IMG/VR virus record: IMGVR_UViG_3300007983_000342
Coordinates: 1-51,831 of that record
From: a virus
Lineage: Duplodnaviria > Caudoviricetes
Length of the DNA stretch: 51,831 bases
Reading direction: 5' to 3' (one strand)
Shown here piece by piece: positions 35,310 through 44,035 of the stretch (the first letter of the stretch is position 1; the number at the start of each line of letters is the position of its first letter). Below the pieces are notes generated by a model. That model searched no databases, was not told the origin of the DNA, and saw only the letters and a list, made by a program, of their open reading frames with translations. A program made the position numbers and the translations under genes.

Positions 35310-35816
35310 ATGGATGATATAAAATACGAAGGAAAACTGGTTTTTCTTACGATTCACTACGACCAATGGCTGAGGGAAGTTAATCCTAAGTTCAATATAC
35401 CTATGGCGAATCGTATTGCTCGTGTAATAAAAGTTTTTGAATGGGATACACAGGAAGGTAAAACTCTTCTTAGGGCCCGGGAAAAGACTAACAAATGGGG
35501 AAACTTTAATCCTAAAGACTTTAAATTTGTATTAAAAGTTTATTGCCCGGAGCTTGTTATGGGTAGTAGGAGAGGTATATCGACAGAAGAAATATCTCCG
35601 CTGAACTATCCAGGCACTGAATTAAAGATGTTTGAGTTAATGCCTGATTGGATGCTAAAAGAAGTTCGTAGTGATAATTGGGAGTCTTTTACTGTTGCCG
35701 CTAAAGGTACTAAGGTATCTACAAGAACGAAGCCAGAAAGTAATAATAAACAAAATAAAGTAGTTAAGAAAAGCGCTGCCAAGAAAAGATCTACCAGAAA
35801 AAATAATGTATCTTGA
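35310..35816 (+). CDS. Hypothetical protein with basic C-terminal tail
   Basis: 168 aa; ACTATATTA motif directly upstream (35296-35304), possibly a leaderless transcript. Confidence 0.7.
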   Translation: MDDIKYEGKLVFLTIHYDQWLREVNPKFNIPMANRIARVIKVFEWDTQEGKTLLRAREKTNKWGNFNPKDFKFVLKVYCPELVMGSRRGISTEEISPLNYPGTELKMFELMPDWMLKEVRSDNWESFTVAAKGTKVSTRTKPESNNKQNKVVKKSAAKKRSTRKNNVS

Positions 35817-36498
35817 TAACCTAACAAATAGAGCGCGAAAAAGTATTTTCTCATATCCAGACCCACTCGATTACTTGCATAAAAGAGGCCTGGACGATAG
35901 TGATATACTTAAGTACTCTTTAGGCTACCTTAAATTTGCTCATGTAAAAAATGACGGCTCAGTAGATTATGAGACATTAAAAGAGAAAACATGGGACTTA
36001 AAAGGCTTACAAAAGCGCTTAATTTTCCCGTTGAGGAATATTCTAGGGCATGTAAACGGGGTGGTTGTAAGAGATATATACAAGAAGGCTTATATACAAG
36101 TTTTTTTTGAAGAGGCAAAAAAATTAGGGGCGTTCTTTGGGTTGTATGAGGCTTTACCCTATATAATAAACAGTAAGAAAGTATTTGTTCACGAGGGTGC
36201 TATAGATTGTATCTCGTTTGCGAAGGTTTTCCCAAACAGTGTGTCTACGTTGACCTCATTTATGAACGAATCTCAGTACCAGCTTCTTCGATTCTTTGCT
36301 GATAAGATCATCATAGTTTTTGATAATGATGGTCCCGGAAAGTATGGTGCTAAGAAGATCATAAACACTTACGGTGATAGTAATATTTATACTGTGGATA
36401 TAGGCTACGGAGACTCAAACCAATGTTTACAGTCTCTAGGGTTCCAAAAATTTGAAAAATATATCAAATCAAAGGTCCCGCTCTTACTTAGGAATTAA
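35806..36498 (+). CDS. dnaG: DnaG-type primase catalytic (TOPRIM) domain without Zn-binding domain
   Basis: YLHKRGL, RLIFPL, FFGL, HEGAID, FDNDGPG, D.N. Confidence 0.82.
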   Translation: MYLDNLTNRARKSIFSYPDPLDYLHKRGLDDSDILKYSLGYLKFAHVKNDGSVDYETLKEKTWDLKGLQKRLIFPLRNILGHVNGVVVRDIYKKAYIQVFFEEAKKLGAFFGLYEALPYIINSKKVFVHEGAIDCISFAKVFPNSVSTLTSFMNESQYQLLRFFADKIIIVFDNDGPGKYGAKKIINTYGDSNIYTVDIGYGDSNQCLQSLGFQKFEKYIKSKVPLLLRN

Positions 36499-36499
36499 G

Positions 36500-36515
36500 T
36501 ATTAATAGATTATTG
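36500..36515 (-). promoter_or_regulatory. Late-motif copy CAATAATCTATTAATA, antisense to primase
   Basis: Near-consensus copy fills the short primase-dnaX gap in the opposite orientation. Confidence 0.45.
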
Positions 36516-36525
36516 AGGAGATAAA

Positions 36526-37881
36526 ATGTTTGGTACTGAGTTTAGGCCTTTAGATTTTGATTCTGTTATAGGGTTAGATAATATCAAAGATATCCTTAGC
36601 TCTGCCTTAACTAAAGGTATGATAGACCCTGCGTATCTATTCGTAGGTTCACTATCCTCTGGAAAAACTACCCTGGCTCGTATATTTGCTAGAAGTATAT
36701 TATGCCAGTATAGAAAAGAAAATAGCTCTCCTTGTAATGAATGCTCTTCGTGCCTCTCCTTCCTTAAAGATAGAAATCCTGGATATATTGAAATAGACGC
36801 AGCGAATAACAGCAGTAAAGATAAAATACAAGAGTTGTTCGAAAGCTTACGTTATGAGAGTGTGTCAAACTTCCGTATTGTTCTTTTTGATGAATGCCAT
36901 AATTTAAGTAAAGAAGCTAAGGACGCTTTGTTAAAGCATACTGAAGACCCAATAGAAAACGTAGTGTTTTTATTTTGTACCACTGAAGTTGATAAGATGC
37001 CCGGCACTCTTCGTTCAAGGTGTATTGAGATTCAGCTAAACCAACCTACTGAAGAAGATATATACAATAAATTAGTTAGTATCTGCAAAAGTAAGAGCTT
37101 AAATTATGATGAAGATGCAATCCATAATTTAGCTCGTTCTTCTGGTAGGTATTATAGATTCGCAGAGAACAAACTAAGGGCTGTATCTTATTTAGGTGAT
37201 ATAACAGTTGAAAACGTAGATAAGGTGTCTCCAGTATATATGGAGCAGGTTTGTGAGTTGCTGGTGATGTTGTCTTATGATTTACCGGAAGCTTTAAAGA
37301 TTTCTGACTTTTTGATATCTAGAGTTAATGTAAAAGTAATATATGAGAGCATTTTAAAAGTAATAGTTGACGCTATAAAAATTACCACTGATATAACCAC
37401 AGGCAGTCCTTCTTATAATGCGTCTGTAAAAAAAGTAGCTCAGCAGTATGGTTCCGCTCTTTATGAAATGCTTACGTATATCATTAGCAAGAATAGATTC
37501 ACAGATGTGACGATGTTACAGTCCGATATATTAGTCATGCATTATAAGTTTCTTAGAGACCAGTTTGCTCCTAAGAATCCTGTAAACAATAAACAACCAG
37601 TTTCTGAAAAGGAAGAGAACAAAAAACCTAATAGGAAGACCGATGCAGCAAGTTCGTTGAACGAGATAGCTCATTTGCCAGGTTGGAAAAAAGAGGATGC
37701 AGTCCGCGAAATTATGCGGAAGAAACGCTCAGAGAGAAAAGACGGCAGGGTGGATGAGAAATTTTCGGATCAGTGCGGGCCTGAGGTAGAAGAAAAAACC
37801 CCACAGTCTAGTCGGAGATCGATCTCCCCCGAGGAATTCAGAAAAAGCCTTGGAGGAAAAGCTAATGAGAGGAAGGTCTAA
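36526..37881 (+). CDS. dnaX: Clamp loader gamma/tau subunit
   Basis: FRP..FDSVIG, GSLSSGKTTLARI, PCNECSSC, EIDAA, FDECH, LLK..E, TLRSRC. Confidence 0.92.
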   Translation: MFGTEFRPLDFDSVIGLDNIKDILSSALTKGMIDPAYLFVGSLSSGKTTLARIFARSILCQYRKENSSPCNECSSCLSFLKDRNPGYIEIDAANNSSKDKIQELFESLRYESVSNFRIVLFDECHNLSKEAKDALLKHTEDPIENVVFLFCTTEVDKMPGTLRSRCIEIQLNQPTEEDIYNKLVSICKSKSLNYDEDAIHNLARSSGRYYRFAENKLRAVSYLGDITVENVDKVSPVYMEQVCELLVMLSYDLPEALKISDFLISRVNVKVIYESILKVIVDAIKITTDITTGSPSYNASVKKVAQQYGSALYEMLTYIISKNRFTDVTMLQSDILVMHYKFLRDQFAPKNPVNNKQPVSEKEENKKPNRKTDAASSLNEIAHLPGWKKEDAVREIMRKKRSERKDGRVDEKFSDQCGPEVEEKTPQSSRRSISPEEFRKSLGGKANERKV

Positions 37882-38644
37882 TAAGCCTAAGAAGACTGTA
37901 GAAAACGACGCTTCTAAGAAACCTACTATGAAAAAAGCTGTTAAGAGCGCGGTTAAAAAGACTGCGGGTAAAACAGAACTTAAGAAAAAAACAATAAAGA
38001 AAACAGCGTCTGTAAGTAAATCAGTTGATAAAAAGGTTAATACTAAGAAAAATGCTGATAAAAAATCAATCAGGAAAAAAGTCCCTTTAAGAAGAAAGAA
38101 ATTAAAGCCGCAGGACCTTGATTATAGATATCTAGATAGAAGTGGTAGGTGGGTGATTATTCAGCTTTCAGAGGAAACAGACTTAAAAGAAGATGCTGAG
38201 GCTATCGTAGAAAAGCTTAAAAATATATGCGGTGAAGACGTAGAGTACTTTCTTCCTTCATACACAGAGTATGTAAAAGAAAAGGCTGTATGTATTGTCC
38301 TCTTTGATGGCTATATTTTTGTTAGAGAGTCAGATAAAGTAGGAGCTTATTGCTTTAAAGATAAAAACGAATATTTTGACGGTCCCTTGTTTTGTGGCGG
38401 GCAATGCCAGTATGTAAAGAACAAGGATATAAATAACTTTAAAAAAGAGTTGAAAAAAAGACTCAAGTCTAAGGTGCCTAAAAAGGGCGAGACTGTTGTG
38501 CCTAAAGTGGGGGACTATAGAAATCTTGAGGGTGTTGTACTTTTAGTAGATAGGAAAAAGATGATAGCTAAAGTTGAATTTGCTTTAGCATCAAGAGTAG
38601 TAGAAGTGTATATACGTATTATAAATTTAGACGTGCAGGAGTAA
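37865..38644 (+). CDS. nusG: NusG-family transcription factor with Lys-rich N-terminal extension
   Basis: RWVIIQ, YFLP, LFDGYIFVR (NGN domain) and KGETV....GDYRNLEGVV (KOW); ATG 37865 has a GGAGG RBS. Confidence 0.8.
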   Translation: MRGRSNKPKKTVENDASKKPTMKKAVKSAVKKTAGKTELKKKTIKKTASVSKSVDKKVNTKKNADKKSIRKKVPLRRKKLKPQDLDYRYLDRSGRWVIIQLSEETDLKEDAEAIVEKLKNICGEDVEYFLPSYTEYVKEKAVCIVLFDGYIFVRESDKVGAYCFKDKNEYFDGPLFCGGQCQYVKNKDINNFKKELKKRLKSKVPKKGETVVPKVGDYRNLEGVVLLVDRKKMIAKVEFALASRVVEVYIRIINLDVQE

Positions 38645-38646
38645 GA

Positions 38647-39585
38647 ATGGATTATTTGCTTGTAGATGGAATGAATTTCGCATATAGGGCTCATAATGCC
38701 TTTTTCCAGAATAAAACGTCTGATGGAACCCCCTCCGGGATGTTTTATGGGGTTTGTGTTATGCTGCAAACCCTAAAGAAAAAACACAGGAATTATAAGA
38801 TTGTTTTTGTGTGGGATAATAAAGCTGAGTGGAAGTATGAGATAAACCCGTCCTATAAAGAAGGTAGAACTAAGATGTCTCCGTTAGTTTATAATCAAAT
38901 GGAAGACATCAGGTCGTATCTGACTGCTTGCAATGTAGAACAGTATGAGATGAAAGGCCAAGAGGCGGATGATGTAATAGCTACCCTCGTAGAGCGGTAT
39001 AAGGCCGAAGAGAACACAGGCTCCATTATTATCCTAAGTAATGATAGAGACTTATTGCAATTGGTAGAGTCTGGTAAAGTTACTGTCTTTAAACCTAAAG
39101 TAGGAAATACTCCTGAAAAATATTATGATACAGACGCAGTAATAGAGCGTTACGGGGTGCCTCCAGAGAAGTTGGTAGAGTTTAGATGCATCGCGGGGGA
39201 CGATTCTGACAAAATACCAGGAGTTCCTAGAAACCGTAGAAATCTAATAGCTGCTTGTGTTTCAGAGGCTAGTAACCTTGAGGAGTCCTTTGTTCTGTTC
39301 AAAGACTCAGATATGAGTGAGAAAGAGAAAGAAAGACTTGTTATATTTAAAAGCCAGGCTTTTGAGAACTATAAGATAATGAAATTGTGTAGGGACCTAA
39401 AGGAAGTAGAGAGAACTGAAGTGAGGCCGGATGTAAGTCTAATGGGAGAATTACTCGCTAAATACGAGATAAAAAGGATTAAACCGGATCTAATGTATGG
39501 TTTATTTATGTCTTCCTTAAATTTAAAATATACAGACGCTAAACCAGCATACAAGCTCGAAAGTTTTTCTTTATTTGAAGAATAA
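38647..39585 (+). CDS. 5'-3' exonuclease/flap endonuclease (Pol I N-terminal-like)
   Basis: LLVDG, YKEGR, EADDVIATL, SNDRDLLQL, GDDSDKIPGV. Confidence 0.93.
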   Translation: MDYLLVDGMNFAYRAHNAFFQNKTSDGTPSGMFYGVCVMLQTLKKKHRNYKIVFVWDNKAEWKYEINPSYKEGRTKMSPLVYNQMEDIRSYLTACNVEQYEMKGQEADDVIATLVERYKAEENTGSIIILSNDRDLLQLVESGKVTVFKPKVGNTPEKYYDTDAVIERYGVPPEKLVEFRCIAGDDSDKIPGVPRNRRNLIAACVSEASNLEESFVLFKDSDMSEKEKERLVIFKSQAFENYKIMKLCRDLKEVERTEVRPDVSLMGELLAKYEIKRIKPDLMYGLFMSSLNLKYTDAKPAYKLESFSLFEE

Positions 39586-39599
39586 AAAAGGAGGTCTTC

Positions 39600-40223
39600 A
39601 TGACAAGAGTGTGTAAAAGCATGGACCCCTTTGAGATACAGAAGCGGTTTTCTGCTGATGAGTATTCTTTTTATAGGCTGGATGAGAGTAATTTTCATCT
39701 TGAAGATTTCAAGCCTTTTATAAGTAAGTTACCGCAGCGCGAAATCGATTTGATTGAGATGTACTACAAGAAAAATAAAAAGCAGAAAGAGATTGCTAAT
39801 TTTTTTGGAGTTACTCAAGGAGCTATATCTCATAGGTTATCTAGAGCTCGAAAAAGGCTAGCTTTTCTACGTGATATGCCTAAGCTTACCCAGGACATCA
39901 GGGAGGTATTAGAAAAGCATTTTAATGAGTTTGAAATCGATGTGATTATCTATATGATTGAGACTACTTGCCAATCGCGTACGGCAGGCATCTTAAACGA
40001 ACAGTATGGCTTAAAAGACAAGGATCAAATGACACAAGTTAAGGTAAGGCATAAATTTGACCGCGCCATTGTAAAACTTAAGAGATTGAAAAAAACCGAA
40101 GTAGAACTTAAGGATGTCTATGAGCTTGTGAATTATATAAAGAAAAATTTATATATGCTCCACGAAGTAATTCTTCCTCATTTTAAGAAAAAATTTAAGG
40201 TTAAGGTCAAAGGTATTCATTAA
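39600..40223 (+). CDS. Sigma-70 region-4-like HTH protein
   Basis: LPQREIDLIEMYY....QKEIANFFGVTQGAISHRLSRARKRL, followed by a second, degenerate region-4-like repeat; no obvious region 2. Confidence 0.78.
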   Translation: MTRVCKSMDPFEIQKRFSADEYSFYRLDESNFHLEDFKPFISKLPQREIDLIEMYYKKNKKQKEIANFFGVTQGAISHRLSRARKRLAFLRDMPKLTQDIREVLEKHFNEFEIDVIIYMIETTCQSRTAGILNEQYGLKDKDQMTQVKVRHKFDRAIVKLKRLKKTEVELKDVYELVNYIKKNLYMLHEVILPHFKKKFKVKVKGIH

Positions 40224-40233
40224 ATTCAAATAG

Positions 40234-40249
40234 TAATAATCTTTTAATA
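40234..40249 (+). promoter_or_regulatory. Putative late-promoter motif TAATAATCTTTTAATA
   Basis: Sits at the boundary between the replication block and the head/terminase block. Confidence 0.6.
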
Positions 40250-40306
40250 AATAGCCCTCATTAGATTTTGGTTTTTACCACTAAAATTCTGATGAGGGTT
40301 TTTTAC

Positions 40307-40762
40307 ATGTATATAGGCCTACACGACATACTTAGGGATAGAAGTGCGAGCTTGATAAATACTGGCAGTAATACAAGTAATCAAAACTCTCCGTATTTAA
40401 ATATCCCTATATACCAAACAAGAATTAGCCCCTCATCTCCTGGGAGTGATATACAGAGCGGGCCTCCTTCTTTGTATAATGAGCCTGGGAGGTCTCAGAG
40501 GGGAAACCCTAAGCACATGATACAGTTCCAAGGGGAAAGGCCTTTAGTAGATAGCCTAGTAAACCACTCTACTGTTCCGGTTACTACGACAGTTATAAAT
40601 GAAGAAAAGACTAACGCTCAAGGCGAGCCTGTAAATGATAGTACTACACCCGACGGTCGTAATGAGGACAGAGATACTATAGGATTTAATTCTGGGGAGT
40701 GGACAGACCCTGATGTGGATGCCGCTCCTTCAGGTTGGAATGACCCTTACAATAATTGGTAA
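40307..40762 (+). CDS. Hypothetical low-complexity (P/S/N/T-rich) protein
   Basis: ATG 40307 with GAGGG RBS, in frame with track ORF 40268..40762. Confidence 0.65.
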   Translation: MYIGLHDILRDRSASLINTGSNTSNQNSPYLNIPIYQTRISPSSPGSDIQSGPPSLYNEPGRSQRGNPKHMIQFQGERPLVDSLVNHSTVPVTTTVINEEKTNAQGEPVNDSTTPDGRNEDRDTIGFNSGEWTDPDVDAAPSGWNDPYNNW

Positions 40763-41430
40763 TTATGAGAAAAGTAGATGGAATAGACTTTGAGTGTACT
40801 TTATGCGGAGATTGCTGTAGGTGGGAAGGTTTTGTGTTTCTGCTGCCTGAGGATGTGAAAAGACTGGCAGAGCATCATAGTATGGGGTACGAGGAGTACT
40901 TGAAAAAGTACACAAAGCCTCACGGTAATGAGTTGGTATTGAAGAATAAAGAGAACGGCACCAACGAGTGTGTGTATCTAGAAAAGAACAAATGTTGTGT
41001 GAATGGTATAAAACCTAAACAATGTGAAGAGTTCCCGACTCAATTCGAGCCTAGATGCCCCGGTTTTAAAAATAAAGGAAAAGTCGCTATGAACAGATAC
41101 CAGGAAAAGATTTCAGAGATGAATGAGAAATTTTCCTCTATGCAGGAGTATGAGAGGAAGGTTTCTGATAATCTATATAAAGATTTAAAGGAAAACGTAA
41201 AAGCTGCTTCTGTTGCCTCTAAGGCAGTAGAAGAAGGAATCGACGATTATTTTAACGTGAATAGGATAAAAATCGCCTGTTTGGATGATTTATTCTCATT
41301 TAATAGAGTAAATGCTAATACACTTATACATAAGTCTACTAAAGACCTTTGGGGTATAGAAGCTGATGACTCTGGTAAAGTAGTGATAACTCGTTTGTTC
41401 TCAAACGACGGGGAACCGGTTAGAGGATGA
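40756..41430 (+). CDS. YkgJ-family (CxxCxxCC) cysteine-cluster domain fused to an unknown C-terminal domain
   Basis: FECTLCGDCC, EDVKRLA, CVYL, KPKQCEEFP. Confidence 0.78.
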   Translation: MVIMRKVDGIDFECTLCGDCCRWEGFVFLLPEDVKRLAEHHSMGYEEYLKKYTKPHGNELVLKNKENGTNECVYLEKNKCCVNGIKPKQCEEFPTQFEPRCPGFKNKGKVAMNRYQEKISEMNEKFSSMQEYERKVSDNLYKDLKENVKAASVASKAVEEGIDDYFNVNRIKIACLDDLFSFNRVNANTLIHKSTKDLWGIEADDSGKVVITRLFSNDGEPVRG

Positions 41431-41461
41431 AAGATAAACATAAGGCGTAAAGGATAATTTT

Positions 41462-42103
41462 ATGAGCGGAAGAGATAGAATAACTGCAAAAGTTGCTGCA
41501 GCTAAGGAGAAGTCTAAAGCAGATAGCAAAAGTAAGAGTGGGGATGCTAGAGATATAGGAGATTTTGAGTATGAAAAGAAGAATGCTAAAGTACTTAAAA
41601 AAGCTCTACACAATATTAACGTCTCTCTAGGCACCCTTCTAGCAGCTATGAAGGACTTAGCTATGCTAAGGGGTTCTGATGTAACTCCTGACGGGAAGCT
41701 TGGTGGGAAGGGTTTCATAATGAATTTTAGAGATATGAAATCAACCCTAAATACCGCCGTAAGTGACCTTTCTGATATAACTGATACCATCGCTGATGAG
41801 CTAACTAACCCTAGGTGGGGTCTTAGTAATACAGAAGTTAAGGGTATTAAAAAAGATCAAGAAAAAACAGAGGAAGAAGTAGAGGAAGTAGAGGAGATAG
41901 TAGAGGAACCTAAAAAAGAAAAACCGGAAGATAAGTCTGAGGGAGAGTCCGGCGATGATATTTCTCCTGATGATGTTAAAAATTCTGCAGAGGTAGAATC
42001 AATTAATAGATATAAGTCCCTTTTAGAAGGTCCGTCGTCTATGGATAAGACTGCTAGGGACCTTAGTAAGAATATTCTAGCAAATCTTATGAGAGGAGAA
42101 TAA
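41462..42103 (+). CDS. Hypothetical protein, probable virion/head-associated
   Basis: 213 aa, helical core plus acidic linker, in the late block. Confidence 0.7.
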   Translation: MSGRDRITAKVAAAKEKSKADSKSKSGDARDIGDFEYEKKNAKVLKKALHNINVSLGTLLAAMKDLAMLRGSDVTPDGKLGGKGFIMNFRDMKSTLNTAVSDLSDITDTIADELTNPRWGLSNTEVKGIKKDQEKTEEEVEEVEEIVEEPKKEKPEDKSEGESGDDISPDDVKNSAEVESINRYKSLLEGPSSMDKTARDLSKNILANLMRGE

Positions 42104-42105
42104 AG

Positions 42106-44010
42106 ATGGCTTTAGGAGATATTTCAAAATTAATGGGCGACGGCGATACGGCTAATATACCTGACCTGGATTGGGCGGTAGTAGATATAGAGAACAAGGA
42201 TAATATTCCTGTTCCTATGAACGTGCAAATTATTCCGCAGCTAGAAGAGGCGTGGACCTATACAGGTAAAGATAAGACCGCATCTTTAATCCACAATATA
42301 GCTCACAATGATGCTAAGATCGAGAAAATCAGTAGTGAGGATGTTGCAGGTGTAATAAATACGGCTAAGAAAGAGATTATGACCGGTTTGACAGGCAAGC
42401 CGCTTGCTGAAAAGCTAGCATCCATCTACCCCGCTAAGCTTATTAAAGCGTCAACGGAGGGTCTTAAAAAGCTTTCTGAAGAGCAGGGATTACTTGGGAA
42501 TGTTTATGTAGACCTTACTCCTTTTGATAGTTGTAAAGAAGCCGCTAGAGTACTAGGTAATAACAAAATCAGATTGGCTAAGTATGTCGTAGGTGAGCCT
42601 AAAAGGCATGTCTGCGCGTCCCACTGCCAAGGTTTTTGTAAAGAGCTAAAGAAAAAAGTTTCTACTGAGATACAGTATAGCGAAGATATATTAGAAGAGT
42701 ATGCTAATCACCTTAGAGTAGCCGGTGTTATAGGTAAATCAGCTAGCATTTCTTCTAAAGAAGAGTTACGTTCTGCTATTCTTTTTTCTAACAAAAAAAC
42801 CGCTGCCAAGGAAAAACCTAAGAAAAAGGGTGTTCCTAATAGAAGTTTTGAAGAAGTTCAGAAAGAGTTTAAGGCAGCTATAATGAAGAAAGCTTCTAAG
42901 TCTCAGGAACAGGTTCAGGTAGATAGATTTTCTGAGGTTAGACCTGTGCTTGCCTTTATGCAGAACGAGATGCTAAAAGGCCACATGGGCGGTAGTCTTA
43001 AAGAAGCCCTACAAAAGAAGTATTCGGGAGACACTATAAAAAAGTATGCAGAGGAGATAAAGAAACTAGCCTCTCTTCAAGGACTTCTTGGTAATGTATA
43101 TGTAGATGTTTCTTTGTATGAAACCTCAGAAGACGCTATAAAGGCTGTAAAAACAGCTTCTACTTCACCAACTTACGTTATTCAGAGTGTTAAGAAAAAT
43201 GAGTATGATAATGCGGATGAAAAAGTAGCAAAAGCTACCGGATGTCAGATTCTTCCTCGTGACGGTAAGATCGACTCTAAGATAGCTTCAAGCTACATTG
43301 ATGATCTCCATTTCAATGACCGTATATCTAGCGATAAAGCTAGTGTCTTAAGAAACACTCTTGAAGCCGGTAACAGTGTGTTAAGTATATTAAGAGAAGC
43401 CTTTATGGCTACTCAAGACCACACACCCGCTAAGAGAGAAGGTGGGGTAAAAGGTTTTTATCGTCATGAGGCAACAAAGAAGTATGCTAAAGACGATGTA
43501 GCAAAGGAAGCAGCTTATAAGGCTGTTACGGCTGGTATTTCTATAGATAAGATAGAGTCTAAGCTTTCTTCTATTATACCTACTGTAGAAGCCGCAGGTA
43601 TGATTAGAGATGTATTGGCTAACATAAAAGAAGTAGATGCTAATGTACTAAGTAACTGCACCTCTGAAAAATACCATCTTTCATCTGATGCAAAACTTAA
43701 ACAAGCAAGTAAATGCTCTACCTGTATCTTAAACAATTGTGATATGTGTATGTCTCAAGGTTTGAGGTTTGCTAATACTAAAGAGGAAGATGGTATTATT
43801 AAGTTAGACCCTCACACGAAGAAAATACAGCTAAATAATAACCCTGATGAGGCTCGTGGTGATATGTCTATGGAAGAAGATATGATAGCCAACAGGTGGG
43901 GTTCTGGAAATAACATAATGCTAGATAGTTTGAGAAAAGAAGCCAGCGAAACTGATGTGGATACGTCTTATGACGGTACTGGATTAGACGCCGGTCTTTT
44001 AGATATTTAA
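42106..44010 (+). CDS. Large hypothetical protein with internal duplication, probable head-associated
   Basis: QGLLGNVYVD occurs twice; Cys clusters; nine KxAS motifs. Confidence 0.75.
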   Translation: MALGDISKLMGDGDTANIPDLDWAVVDIENKDNIPVPMNVQIIPQLEEAWTYTGKDKTASLIHNIAHNDAKIEKISSEDVAGVINTAKKEIMTGLTGKPLAEKLASIYPAKLIKASTEGLKKLSEEQGLLGNVYVDLTPFDSCKEAARVLGNNKIRLAKYVVGEPKRHVCASHCQGFCKELKKKVSTEIQYSEDILEEYANHLRVAGVIGKSASISSKEELRSAILFSNKKTAAKEKPKKKGVPNRSFEEVQKEFKAAIMKKASKSQEQVQVDRFSEVRPVLAFMQNEMLKGHMGGSLKEALQKKYSGDTIKKYAEEIKKLASLQGLLGNVYVDVSLYETSEDAIKAVKTASTSPTYVIQSVKKNEYDNADEKVAKATGCQILPRDGKIDSKIASSYIDDLHFNDRISSDKASVLRNTLEAGNSVLSILREAFMATQDHTPAKREGGVKGFYRHEATKKYAKDDVAKEAAYKAVTAGISIDKIESKLSSIIPTVEAAGMIRDVLANIKEVDANVLSNCTSEKYHLSSDAKLKQASKCSTCILNNCDMCMSQGLRFANTKEEDGIIKLDPHTKKIQLNNNPDEARGDMSMEEDMIANRWGSGNNIMLDSLRKEASETDVDTSYDGTGLDAGLLDI

Positions 44011-44035
44011 TAAATAATATATGTGTGGAGGGTCC

